From assembly GCA_040357565.1 (NCBI GenBank), contig JBDODJ010000006.1: 64,000 nucleotides of DNA; one strand, written 5' to 3'. The notes under the pieces were generated by a model. That model saw only the letters and a program-made list of their open reading frames with translations, made no database searches and was not told where the DNA came from. How positions within the stretch are numbered: position 1 is the stretch's first letter; the number at the start of each line of letters is the position of its first letter. A program made the translations under genes and the position numbers. Shown here piece after piece: positions 1 through 12,808 of the stretch. The DNA is from Cercozoa sp. M6MM (taxonomy: Eukaryota > Protista > Endomyxa: Ascetosporea).

Positions 1-3000
1 CCCCCCCATAGACCTACCCATGTACCCTATGTGCAGTGGTGGGCGAGCTGCTGCGTCGTCGAAAGTTGCTCTGCGTGGACGACAAACCCAAGCAGTCCAA
101 ACACCAGGTCCGTTTGTACACACCTAACCCTTCCATATGATCCGTACAACGACCTCCCCCTCTTTATACGCAGAGACAGATGACGCGTCGGCCCGGGAGT
201 TCCGTCACAGTGACGTCCTCGCGTGTCGAGCAGCTTGATGTATCCATTTTCTAGCTGTGTGTCCATTTGCACCGTCAGTTTGTCCCGTCCATTTGCACTG
301 TCCGTTTGTGCCACCCACCTGCAGAAACAGCGGCAAAAACAGCAGCGTCGGCAGAAGCAGCAGTCGCAAAAGCAGCGTCGGCAGCAAGAGCAGCAGCGAC
401 GCACTGCCGCCAGCGATGTAGCCTCTCTCTCCCCCACCTTAAACATGTCATTCCCCTGTCCAATGGACGGTTTATTTGTTGTATGTTTGTCCATTCTGTA
501 CCACACGTGGACAGGCTTTTTTTGACGGCGACGATGAGGCGCTGTCGCAGCATCTGCAGCAGCAGCGCGAGCTGCACAAGACCGAGCAGCGCATCGAGCA
601 GATTGAGCGTACCTTTTCCTGTGTATCTATGGTCACTGTGACTGGTCACTTTGCTCACTCTGAGTGGTCACTTGATCGCTATGTTCACTGGGTGGTCACG
701 CTGTGTGTGCAGAGACGCAGGCGCTGCGCGAGTTCTCGGCCGACAAGGGCGCCACTGTGAGTTTTATACATCTGAGTGCGGTGGCTGACTGAGGTGTGAC
801 TGACTGACTGACTGACTGACGTGTGACTGACAGATCAGACGCATCTACGGTGGCTCGGGCGCCATGCCGCAGAGTGGCCACGTGCCCTCCAAGGAGGCGG
901 GCAAACAGAAGGCCAAGGACGGCACCTGCATGTTTGAGGAGGCATTCGAACTCGAACTGCCCGAGTGTACTGATCTCTTTGTGACCACACTGATCGCCTC
1001 TATAATCACTGAGTGGTTTCTGAGTGGGCATGTGATCACCGAGTGATTGTTGTGCAGTTGCCGAACGCAGCGAGGACGCCGAGTACCTCGAGGTGCACCT
1101 GCCGCCACCGCCTCAGAGTGTGTCGCGCGAGGCTGGTCGCTGCCTCAGCGTTTCGGACAACCTGCCGGCTTGGGCTCGTACCTCCTCTCTTTCCTTCCTC
1201 GGACAGCCTTGTTCATGTCGAGGTACTGAGGTCCGAGGAGTAGATAGACTTACCTGTGTGCAGACAAACCCTTCGTCGACTTTGGCTGCACGGAGTTGAA
1301 CGCCATGCAGAGCACTGTAGCCTCCAGATTTTCCCTACTCTTTACGCCTCTTTCCCTCTCTCCACCCCCCCGTTGCCCACAGGTGTACAGCACGGCCTGG
1401 AAGACCAACCGAAACCTGCTCGTGTGCGCACCGACTGGTGGTACCTTTCCGCTATGATTGAGGTGTGATCACACGTGTGAGTAAGCCCACGTGTGAGTGA
1501 GTGACCACCTATGTAGCCGGTAAGACCAACGTCGCCATGCTCAGTGGTACTTTGTACAGCTTACGACCTACCTAGTAGTACCTCTAGGGGGTATGGACAC
1601 ACGTGTGTGTTGCAGTGCTCCGTGCCGTGTCGCAGAACCTGCAGCCTGGCACCAATCGGTACAACTGGACCGTGTGCATGTGTACAACTAGACCAACAAA
1701 CGGACTGTATGAATGTACGGTACAAATTGGACAGTGTGGCCTCGGCGGACACGTTCAAAATGGTCTACGTCGCACCGATGAAGGCACTGGCGCAAGAGGT
1801 GGTCGCCAAGTTCTCCAAGCGACTCAGCTCGCTCGGTACGTTGTACTGCCTTGTGTCCGTCTGGACCAATGTCCTTGTACCAATCTTGTATCGACTCAGG
1901 CATCGTGGTGCGCGAGTGCACTGGCGACGTGCAGCTCTCGCAGGCCGAGATGACTGGGTAGCACCACCTGACTGACTGAGTGACTACATGGGAGTGACCA
2001 CTGTGAATGACTGAGTGAGGAACCACTGTGACTGAGTGACCACGACTGAGTGATCACTGTGATTGAGTGACTGGACACGTGGACAGTGCGCACATGCTGG
2101 TGACGACGCCGGAGAAGTGGGACGTCGTCACGCGCAAGGGTATTGCTGCTATCCCCTGAGTGATCGCCTGACTGACCACCTGACTGACCACCTGACTAAC
2201 CACCTGAGTGAACTTTGCGAATCTGTGCAGGTGGGGAAAACGTTGACGCTGTGCAGTTGCTCATCATCGATGAAGGTAGCTTCTTTACCCCCTTTACCCC
2301 TTTACCCCTTTACCCCTTTACCCGCCCCTCACACCCCCATTCAGTGCACCTGCTGGCCGAGAGTCGCGGTGCCGTTATCGAAACGATCGTGGCACGCACG
2401 CAGCGTCTCGTCGAGACACAGCAGGTAGGCCACTCTCTGCGACCACGTGGGTGGGTGACCACCCTCCAGTCCCACGCTGTATGTGTTACCACGTGTGCAG
2501 ACGGTGAAACGTATCGTGGCACTGTCGGCTACGCTGCCGAACCGTGAACATGTGGCGCAGTTCCTCGGTACACCACTGGGACACACGTGCCTGGGTGGTG
2601 GACACGTGCCCACTGACTATTGTGACGGTGTTGGTATGACGGTGTCACGTGTGACCTACTGACAGGTGTGACGCACGAGGGTCTGTTCCACTTCGGTCCC
2701 GAGTATCGTCCCGTGCCGCTCGATATGCACTGTGAGTTTACCCCCTTGCCCCCCCCCCCCATTCACCCCCATCTTACCCCTTACCCGTGCAGTCATTGGT
2801 GTCAAGACCTCGCTCAAGGAGGTACATTGTATTGAATGGTAAAGGAGGCCACTGTTCCGATAGTTAAGGGTGCGTCTGTGTGTGTGTGTGTGTGTGTGTA
2901 GCGTCAGCGCAGCAAGGACCTCAAGGACGACAAGGCGTGGCACATCGCAAGACGCTCCGTGTGCGACGAGGAGAACCAGGTATGTCCTGCGTGCGTCTTG

Positions 3001-4355
3001 TCCGCCTACCATCTTGTCCTAGTGGACCGTCTGGATGGACCATCTGTACTGTGTCCAAATGTACCACTATCTGTACAGGTCATGATCTTTGTTCACTCGC
3101 GCAAGGAGACGACGCGCATCGCGCAGGATTTTGTGCGGCGGTACCTCTTACCCCCTCTTACCCTCCCTCCTCTTAATCCCTCTTACCCCCTTTGCCACCG
3201 CTTATCCCTTTAACCCCTTTTACCTCTTTTATACCCCAATAGAATGAGAGAACACGGTCTCGAGAAGGCCTTTTCCATCGGCGAGGGCAAGCACGTACCA
3301 ACTACTCAGTGGTCACTGTTGATCGATCACTGATCGATCACCGATCGCTGCATGTGCGCAGTTGCCACGTTTCGCCTCGCTGCGCAAGAAGATCGGCCGC
3401 GTCAAATCGACGGTGCTGCCGGCGCTCATGGAGTCCGGCGTCGCCATCCACCACGCCGGTACGCGTCTTTACCCCCCTCTTACACCCCCCCCCCTATTAC
3501 CCCCACCTGCAGGTCTGCACCGACAGGACCGTGGCGCTGTCGAAGAGGCCTTCGCCAAGGGCTACGTGCAGGTTTGCCCTTACCTCTTTAGCCGTTTATT
3601 CCGTTACCCCCCCCCCCACCCACCCCCGACCCCCGCGTAGGTGGTGGTGTGCACGGCGACACTGGCCTGGGGCGTCAATTTGCCAGCTCATACGGTACGT
3701 GTTGCCCTGCCTGGGCACAGACAGACCGTCTGAGGGTACAAATGGACCATGTGTGTGACAGGTGATCATCCACTCGACCGACGTGTACCTGAGCGATGCG
3801 CATCCGGCCGGGTGGTACGACCTCTCGATCCTCGACGTGCAGCAGATCTTTGGCCGCGCCGGCCGACCGCAGTTCGACACCTCCGGTACACACGGACTGT
3901 ACAGATGGACTACACAGATGGACTGTCCATACACACTGCGCGTCCTTAACTAAACACTATACACAGGCGAGGCATACCTGCTGACGCAGGTGCAGAAGGT
4001 CGGACACTTTGTTCAGCAGATGACGGCGGTAGTTTTACCCCCCCCCCCCCTACCCCTTTACTCCCCTTTACCCTCCCCCCGCCCGTGTGCAACAGGCACT
4101 GCCGTTGGAGAGTAGTTTCCTCAAGCAAGGTCATACGCTGGCCAACCACCTCAATGCCGAGGTATACCCCCCTCCATTTACTCCTTCTTAATTCCTTACC
4201 CCCTGCGTGCAGTTGGTACTGGGCACGGTGACCTCCATCGACGACGCCGTGCAGTGGCTCTCGTACACCTACCTGTACGTCCGACTGGTCGCCAATGGAC
4301 GGCACTACCAGGTGCTGTTGTTCCCCCTTATCCCTTGTTCCCGTTCACCCCCCTC

Positions 4356-4392
<37 letters not shown>

Positions 4393-7300
4393 ACACACAC
4401 AGGTGCCGCCGCACGAGATAGTGCACGACCCGTTGCTGCTGTCGTTCCGACGAAAACTTGTCGTCGACGCCATGCACACGCTGGTGCGTTTATACCCCCC
4501 CCCTCTTATCCCTCTGACCTCCCTAACTCTATGCAGATGAAGGCGCGCATGGCGCGGCTCGACACGAACTCGGGCGCGGTGCACTACACACGACTGGGCC
4601 GCGTGGCGGCGCACTACTACGTCGATGCCACCACCATCTTTGCCTGGCAGGAGACGTGAGTTCTTGCTCCCTTAACTAGGTCTATGCGTGTGATACATAT
4701 GGACATGTGTGTGTGTGTGTACTGAGTCTGTCTGTAATGTGGCTGTACACAGGTGGGACAAGATTCAGCAGGATCAGTTCCGTCACATGCGAATGCAGCG
4801 TGTACCCTTTACACCCAATTTTATTTCTTTACCCCCCTCAATTTGCCCCTTTACCTCCTTTACCCCTTACCCCCTCCATGTGTGTGCAGGGCGACTTTGA
4901 CCCGATGCAGCAGAAGCAGCGCAAATTGGCCGGCGTACCTTTTGCTCATATGGATCTGTCCATTTGTACAATTGTCCAGATGGACGGTGTGTCTGTAGAT
5001 TCCCGAAATCGAGGTCGATGAGCACGCGTGGCGCGACGAACTAATTCGTGCCGACTTCGCCGACGTGCTGCTCATGGTGCGTTTCAGTCTTGTCCCCTTT
5101 ACCCCACTTTTGGCCCCCCCCCCCCCCCGCACAGGTGGCCCAGGCCAGTGAGTTCCGGCAGCTGACGACGCGCGAAGACGAACTCGGCGAACTGGCCGAA
5201 CTGCAGCAGTTCTGCGCCTTCCCTGTAGCCACCTTTTTTGTTAGCCTTTACCCCCCCCCCCCCCCACTCCCTCTATTTCGTATTGTCTGTGTGTACACTC
5301 AGCTGCCGAAGTCAGTGTCGCTGAAGGATTCGAACTCGCTTGGAAAGACTTTCGTGCTGATGCAGGTGCCTTCTGTCCCTTTTGCCCCCATACGTCCTTT
5401 TGCCCCATACATCCTTTACCCTATCCCTTGCCCCCCCCCCCACAGGCACACATCGCCCGTCGTCGGCCGCGCAATTTCACATTGGTGAGCGACATGTACT
5501 ACGTCGCACAGAACGGTACTTCGCCCAGTTTTATTCATACCCCCCCCCCCCTGTTGGTGTATGTGTGAGTGTGTGTGTGTGCGTGCACGCAGGCACGCGT
5601 CTGATGCGAGCGCTGCTGGAGATCATGCTGCGCGACCCGTCGCGCCGCTTTGTGTGCTGTGCCGATAAGGTCCGTTTTTGTGCAGTCTAATGCTGCTGCA
5701 CAACAATCTGAACTCATCTGGCAGGTACTCACGCTGTGCCAGGCGCTCGAGCAGCAGTGTTTCCCTCACGAGTAACGCTCCCTTTATCTTTGTTTTGTTT
5801 TGTTGTTTGTCAGTTTGCTGAAATAATACAAACCTATGTTCTGCCAGGCACCCACTGGCGCAACTCGTGCACAACCCGCAGCAGCAACAAAATCGCGGTA
5901 TTTCATACTTTAAGCTGAGTGCGCGTTTGCACGGTTCAGTTGTACCGCTGCTGGGCAGGCAAATCCCTGTCGCGAGAAGTGTTTTCCAAGATCGTTCGTG
6001 CCGACTTGTCTGTGCGCGACTTGGTACTCTTGCAGCTGTTTTTTCTTTTGTACAGTACTTTGACTGTGTATTGATATTTACAGTTGGGCGATCGCACCTA
6101 CGAGGATGCACGCATTGAGCAGGCAGCTCAATTTACGTAGCTTTCAGTTTTTTTATCTGTTGTAAGCCTCGGTGGAGTGGGATTGGATGCAGCAACAAGC
6201 GAGCTGCACGTGACTTGATGCGATACGTGGTACTGTTGCTCTCTCTTCGCTTGTCAGTTTTGACTCAAATGGTTCGCTGCTCGCACAGACGCGCGGAATC
6301 GGACCGAACGAGATTGGTCGGCGCATGCGAATGGGCGGTAAAAGTCAACTGCAAACTGAAGCTGCTCTAGAACAACCAAAACTGTGTGTGGACGTGTGTG
6401 CTTGCAGGCTGGGGTGATGAAGTGCTAAAGTTCGCCAAGTATCTGCCGTTTTGCCGCGTCCATGCTACGGTTTGTCTTTCTTTTTTAAACCGCTCCCTTT
6501 AGTTTAAAATCCGAGCACAGGCCATGCCGGTGACGCGTGAGATCATGCAGTGGCGTGTCTTGCTGCGGCCGGACTTTAACTGGTACGGACGGAAGCTGTC
6601 TCAAGAGTTATGGGCTGACTAATTGGTACTGTGTTCTTTCGCAGGCGAGATGGTGCCCATGCGACGCCGATGTGGCTCTTCCTGCGCGACGGTGATACGC
6701 AGCAGTTGCTCTACTTTGGTACACTTGGATCATCTCTGGTTTACAGAATAAGGTCTATGTACAAGTGAACCATACGCGTGGACAGAGTGCGTGGTGCTGC
6801 ACCGCGACCGCACGATGCAGATGCGGCGCGAGACTGTCAATGCACTGCACGACGATGATACCATCGCCTACGGTACTTTACCCCTCCTGCCCCCTACCCT
6901 ACCCTTTATCCCCTCTGTCCCTTTACCTCCCCCCCCCCCCCCCAGATGAGGAGTCACTAGAGGCTGGTGCCGAAGTGCGAAAGTTCTTCACGGCCATTCC
7001 CAAGGGTTCGTCTCTTCTCGTGTACCTTGTGTGTCCATGCGTATGTACATCTGTACGGTACAGATGGACTGCCTGCGTCGTACGAAGTGTCCATCGTGTC
7101 CGACCGCTACCTGGGTGGTACATCCCGGACAGAGAAATGTAGCCACCTCCTGTACATTCCTGTGTGTCTGCAGTCAAGGACAGCTGCTACGTCGACTGTT
7201 CGCACATTCGCCTGCCGCACGTGGATTCGGCGGTACCTTTTTGGACTATTTGTTATTGTTGTACGAATGGACGGGTCGTTTGTACCTCTCTTTGATTCAC

Positions 7301-10300
7301 CAAGGGCACGGACACGGCCTTGTTGCCGCTGCCGCCGCTGCCGCGCACGGCACTCAAGTCGAGTCGCCTGCTGGAGGCCAACATCATCAAGTGGGACTTC
7401 TTGAATCCCATCCAGGTACACCCCTTCCTTAACTGTACTACATTTGGTCCAGTTGTACCATCTGTGTTACTCTACCTGCCGTTCCAACTGTGCAGACGCA
7501 AGTGTTTCACCCGGTGTACCACGGCGAGGACAACATTCTGTTGTGTGCGCCCACTGGTTCCGGTACAGATGGACCGATATCTTGCACGAGGGATGGCTAC
7601 AGTAATTAAGGGTGTGCCGTCTGTACACAGGTAAAACGACGATTGCCGAACTCGCCATCATCCGTGCGGTGGCCAAGGGCGTAACTCCGACCTTGTCTTT
7701 TTTTTTGCAGATACAAGATTGAGGGAGCGTTGTTGTTTGCACACATAGATGAAAGCGGTATACGTGGCGCCGCTCAAGGCACTGGCACGTGAGCGCATCA
7801 CTGACTGGCGGTGCGTTTCTCCTGCTCACTCACTCGACCTGATTGATCTCTGACTGAGTGACTGACTGTCGATATCGGTTGTGAGTGCAGCGAAAAGTTC
7901 GGTCGACTCGGGTGGAACACGACGCTGCTAACGGTAGCGTTTCCTGTCCTCTCTGACAGTGATTCCTTGGACTGATCTGATTGATTACTTTGATTGATCA
8001 CTGTGACGGTGGTCACTCTGACTGATCACTGACACCGTCATCAATCAACGATCGTGCTTTCTTAGGGAGAGTCGACACCGTCGAGTGAGCGACTGCGACG
8101 CTCCGACGTTGTTGTGGCCACGCCCGAGAAGGTAACCCTACATCCTGCCCTTGCCCCCTTCTTTACCGCCCTTGTGTGCGCAGTGGGACGTTGTGTCGCG
8201 TGCCTGGAAGTGCCGCGACTTCGTGCGTCAGGTCGCTCTGATCGTCATTGATGAGGTAGGGGGCTAAGAGGGTGTAAGGAGGTGGGCGGGGGGGGGGTAA
8301 GTTTGTGTGTGTGTCAATAGGTGCATCTGCTCGGCACTGAACGCGGCGCGGTGCTGGAGGCCATCATCTCGCGCGTGCGCTACATGGAACGCTCCCTTAA
8401 TAGGTACAGGCCCTGTCCCTACTGTACTGGTACACTGGTACCTGTGTGAGCAGGAAGACGCGTCTGCTGGCGCTGTCGACGGCACTGGCCAACGCCGGCG
8501 ATTTGGCCGACTGGCTCGGTAGATTTTGACCTGTGCAAGTGGGTGTGTCCAAGTGGACCGGTCGACTGTGTGTTTGTTTAAGGCGTGGACCGACAGCGAC
8601 ACTTGTTCAACTTCCACCCGTCGCTGCGACCGGTGCCTGTGGAGGTGCACGTCAGTGGCTACCCGGGTCGGGCCTACTGTACGTCCTGTTTGTCCCTGCA
8701 TGTCCGCCGTCCATTTGTACCATACTGTATGGACATACAGGCCCGCGTATGGCACTCATGAACAAGCCGACCTACCTGGCCATCAAGTACTCTGACCCCT
8801 GCCCCTACTCCTACCCTACCCTACCCTACTCCTACCCTACCCTGCTCCTACCCTACCCCTGCCCCTACCCTACCCCTGCCCCTACCCTACCCCNNNNNNN
8901 NNNCCCCCCCCCTTACCCCCCCCCCCCCAGGGAGCACTCTCCGACAAAACCGACGCTTGTGTTCGTGTCCTCACGACGACAGGTATAGATCGCTACTTTA
9001 ACTAAATGCGCCCATTTGTACCACTACTGTACTTGGACAATTTTGTGTTTTATAGACTCGTCTGACAGCGATGGATCTCATTGCATACCGTCAACTCAAC
9101 ATTGACTCGGTATCCACCTTCTCGGATTACTTAGAGGTGAGCTCCGAATCTGTACTTAATTAAGGGTGCGCCCGAGTGGCTGCACCTTTCGCAAGCCGAC
9201 GTGGCCGGCGTCTTGCAGCGGTTTGTTGTTTCTCGCTGTGTTTTTTCGCGGTGTTTTTCGCATCCGAGCGTTTGTAGAATTCGTGACGCGGACTTACGAC
9301 ACTGCATTGGACATGGCGTCGGTACAGATGGACACAAATTAAGGGGGACTATAGTACCTGCAGGTACAAATGGACTGTCTTGGGACAGGCATGCACCACG
9401 CCGGTCTGTCGCGAAGTGATCGCAGTATTGTGGAGGAATTGTTCGGTGCCGGACTGATCAAGGTGCTGGTGTCGACGGCCACGCTGGCCTGGGGAGTCAA
9501 CCTACCAGCGCACCTCGTGGTGGTCAAGGGCACCGAGTACTTTGACCCTACGGTCGGTGGCTACGTTGACTACTCGGTCACGGACATCCTGCAGGTATCG
9601 TACCTAGACCACATACCCTATTATAGACTAAGATCTGACTTTGCGTTTCTCTCAGATGATGGGTCGTGCTGGTCGACCTGGCATGGACGACGAAGCTGTC
9701 GTACTGTTCGATCACTGCAAGCAAGTTCTTTGTACATTCTCATTGATCCCTACAGGCATGTGTCATGGTGCACGAGCCCAAGAAGGATTTTGTTCGACAG
9801 GTTTCTCTTTCTCTTTGTATTTGAGTATTTCGTATTTTGTTTTATTTTGCTTATTTTAGTTCCTGTATTCGCCTTTCCCTGTGGAGTCGTCGCTTCACAA
9901 GAACGAGCACCTGGCGTGCCATCTGCTCGCCGAGGTGACTACTTTTTTAATTTCTTAAAACAGGTTGCTTTTTCAAACAAGATTGTTCAAACAAGGTTGT
10001 TTTTGCTAACTAATCGTAGATCGCGAGTGAAACGATCACAACTCGGGCTGATGCACTGCAATACCTGAGTCACAGCTTCCTGTTGCGTCGTGTGGCAGCC
10101 AATCCGGCCTACTATGGCGTGCCAGGCGTGAGCGCGCATCTGGCCACGGTAGCTTTCACTTTCGCTTTCACTTTCGCTTTTCTCACTTTCAGCTGTGTCT
10201 ATAATTTCCTTGAATACGTGAGTTTGCTTTGCGAACGCAGAGTCACGACAACGAAAATGCCGTCGAAGTGACCGAAGAGGACGAACATGCGCACGTGCGT

Positions 10301-11069
10301 TTTTGGCTTTTGCTTTGACATAGAAGAAACACGTGTTAACTTGTTTTGTGCTTTTCTACAGGTGAGCGCGTATCTGCAGCAATTGATTCGAGATGCACTG
10401 GATGCACTCACACTCGCTCAGTGCATCCGAGTGACTGGTACATCATTTTCCTGTGTGTCTGCTTTAGATCTTGTGCATCTATGTTCCTTTGTGCAGACAA
10501 TGACATCGAAGCGACCGAGTACGGTCAGGTGGCCGCCAAGTACTACGTGAGTCACCGCTCGGTGTCGCTGCTGAAGCGTGCCCTGGCACCTCGGCAGGCA
10601 CAGTGCACGATGCCTCACCTCGCCTGCACTCTGGTACATTAACGTACATAATTGTAGTGCTGTTGTGACGAGAGTGCTGTACATACACAGGTGCGCACGC
10701 AAGAGTTCGCGCAGACGCCGGTGCGGCACAGCGAGGACGGACTCAACGCCGATCTTGTGCGCAGTGAGGTAGTCTCTCTGCTTTTCCTATGTGTGTTGAC
10801 GTACCTTCTTGTATGCATTCACGTGTCACGCAGAAGCAACGTTTCCGTATCGAGTTTCCGCCCTTCCTGCAGCCAGCTTCGCCTGCTCACAAGTACAGCG
10901 TCTGTGTGTCTGTGTGTCTGTATATATAGGCGTATCCATGTCGATGCATGGTTGTTGCTGTAGAACTTTGCTGCTGATCCAGTCGCACCTGGCGCTCAAC
11001 TGCGATAGTGAACAGTGAGTTTCTGACTTGCCTGGATATATATATATATATATGTATATGTATATATCT

Positions 11070-11120
<51 letters not shown>

Positions 11121-11130
11121 NNNNNNNNNN

Positions 11131-11198
<68 letters not shown>

Positions 11199-11676
11199 GA
11201 GAGTCACGATGCCGATGCGCGACTACTTCTCCGACCGTGCCAACGTGCTGGCGCAGGTTCCGCGTGTGCTGCAGGCATGCGTTGACGTTGCCGTCTGTCT
11301 GGGCAGGTATCCATGTGTGTCTCCTTCTCATATACTATCCAAGCATCAACGTGTATGTGTGTGTGTGTGTGTGTGCCTGTGTGCAGGAGCGATGCCGTGC
11401 ACGCGTGCATCGACTTGTACCAGCAGTGCATGCAGGTACCTCGCGGTTCTGTTAGATGGATCACCCCTCCCAAACATACATACCATGTGCGGACAGGCCT
11501 CGTGGGACATGCCGCATGCCATGGTGCGCCGACTGCCGCACCTGCTGCACGCGCACGACGACGACGGCCGGCAGCGCGACCCGTCGCAGAACTACCAGTC
11601 GCAGCAGCAGCGAGACAAAGCGCCTGTCATCTGCGGCCTCAAGGACACGCACACTGAGGTGTCGCTTTCCCTTGTT

Positions 11677-11712
<36 letters not shown>

Positions 11713-12463
11713 GTTTAATGACATGTACAACGCAGGGCACATCGGTGACTGCTTGCAAGGCACGTGAGGAGCGTTTCCGCCGCTTCGTCCAGGCGGCGGA
11801 GCAGTCGATCGGCAAGGATGTGATGGGCACGATGCTCAAGGGCAGCAAGTCGCGCCAACTGGAGCAACTCCTGCGCCAGCACCTGCTGCTTAACGATGCG
11901 CAGGTGCACGACGTCACTGCGGTGCTGCAGTGTCTGCCGCGTGTCTCTGTACGCGGCAAGGTCACCGTTAACACCGCCGACGACCTCGCGCTGAGTGTAA
12001 ACGTCTCCAGCAAGACTGCCAGGAAACCGGCCGAGGCCAAGAAGGCGGCCAGTGCGCCCATCAAGCAGGTTCTCTCGAACGGCGGTGTCTGGACGCCGGC
12101 CTGGCGCATGGGCGCGCCGCTCTCCTTCTTTCTTGTCGTCTCAGTTGGCAACACTCTCCTTCAGCTGCGTCGACTCAACCTGGGACGGTACAGCTCTGTC
12201 TGAGTTTCACTAATCTTATATATATAGATCTATATATCTATATACATGTATGTGAGGGCATAGATGTATTGTGTATGTTGAGCAGCAAACCTGCCACGGT
12301 CACGGTGCACGTGCCGCAGGAACTCCGCGGACAACGCGTGCAGGTCTCGGTGCGTCCCGACGCCTACATGCAGCTTGACCGACGAACGCACGTGTCGCTA
12401 CCGGTGGAACCAGCGGAGACCAAGCCGGACGCTGCTGCCTCTTCGACGACCCGAGGTGACTGA
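1..12463 (+). CDS. ASCC3: Activating signal cointegrator 1 complex subunit 3 / Slh1-type tandem Ski2-like helicase (5' end outside window; 81 GT-AG introns in window)
   Basis: Hand-spliced exons give two helicase cassettes: LNAMQS..NLLVCAPTGAGKT, VYVAPMKALAQE, LVTTPEKWD, IIDEVH, LSATLPN, HHAGL, TATLAWGVNLPAH and QIFGRAGRPQFD; then [39 protein letters not shown] and [13 protein letters not shown] (ASCC3/Slh1 rather than Brr2 signature), QMMGRAGRP, plus Sec63-like regions. Stop TGA at 12461-12463. Confidence 0.93.
8787..8930 (+). repeat. (CCCTA)n-like degenerate repeat filling an ASCC3 intron; contains a 10-N gap
   Basis: Directly visible ctaccctaccctaccctactcctacc... between donor GTACTC at 8787 and acceptor CCAG at 8930. 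Confidence 0.9.
11074..11196 (+). repeat. (GT)n microsatellite in an ASCC3 intron, with an assembly gap
   Basis: Direct inspection; source of the spurious VCVC/HTHT ORFs. Confidence 0.97.
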
Positions 12464-12808
12464 CATGACCGTGATCATGATGATTTGACGCGAGTGAACC
12501 GCCGTATCGACATGTACAGCTCCAGCGCAGTACCACGCTGTCCGCTGTAGCGTAGATCGATATGGTGGGTTCTGGGGCGTTGAAGCCCACTTTTAAATAC
12601 GCGTGCTAACTATCATCAGTGCATGAGCATATAAAATTAGTGCATAACTGAGTGCGTGGAAGTTCCGCTAATCCCGTAAACTCGAAAATTGTGATACAAT
12701 CCTCTTATTTTGTTGCGTTGGAGCGCCGGGATTTTCTTTAATAATGGCGAAATTAGGCACGTGCTGGAACTCCATAGAGAGCTGAACTCGAACGCGCCAA
12801 ACGCACCG

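Noticed and set aside
6123-6192. Apparent GC-AG intron at 6123-6166 in ASCC3
   Set aside because: A canonical 56-nt GTAGCT...GCAG intron (6137-6192) restores the same downstream frame and fits the local size and donor pattern.
10887-11767. HTHT/VCVC/ERER/SLSL ORFs in the ORF track (also about 17750, 20400, 34900 and 41000)
   Set aside because: Translations of intronic dinucleotide microsatellites.
108-12290. A recent Introner family explaining the intron load
   Set aside because: Introns share only short words (up to about 12 nt), not end-to-end similarity, uniform length or consistent target-site duplications. An old, decayed family cannot be excluded.
1-12463. Brr2/SNRNP200 identity for the helicase
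   Set aside because: Second-cassette motifs (intact [34 protein letters not shown]) match ASCC3/Slh1.
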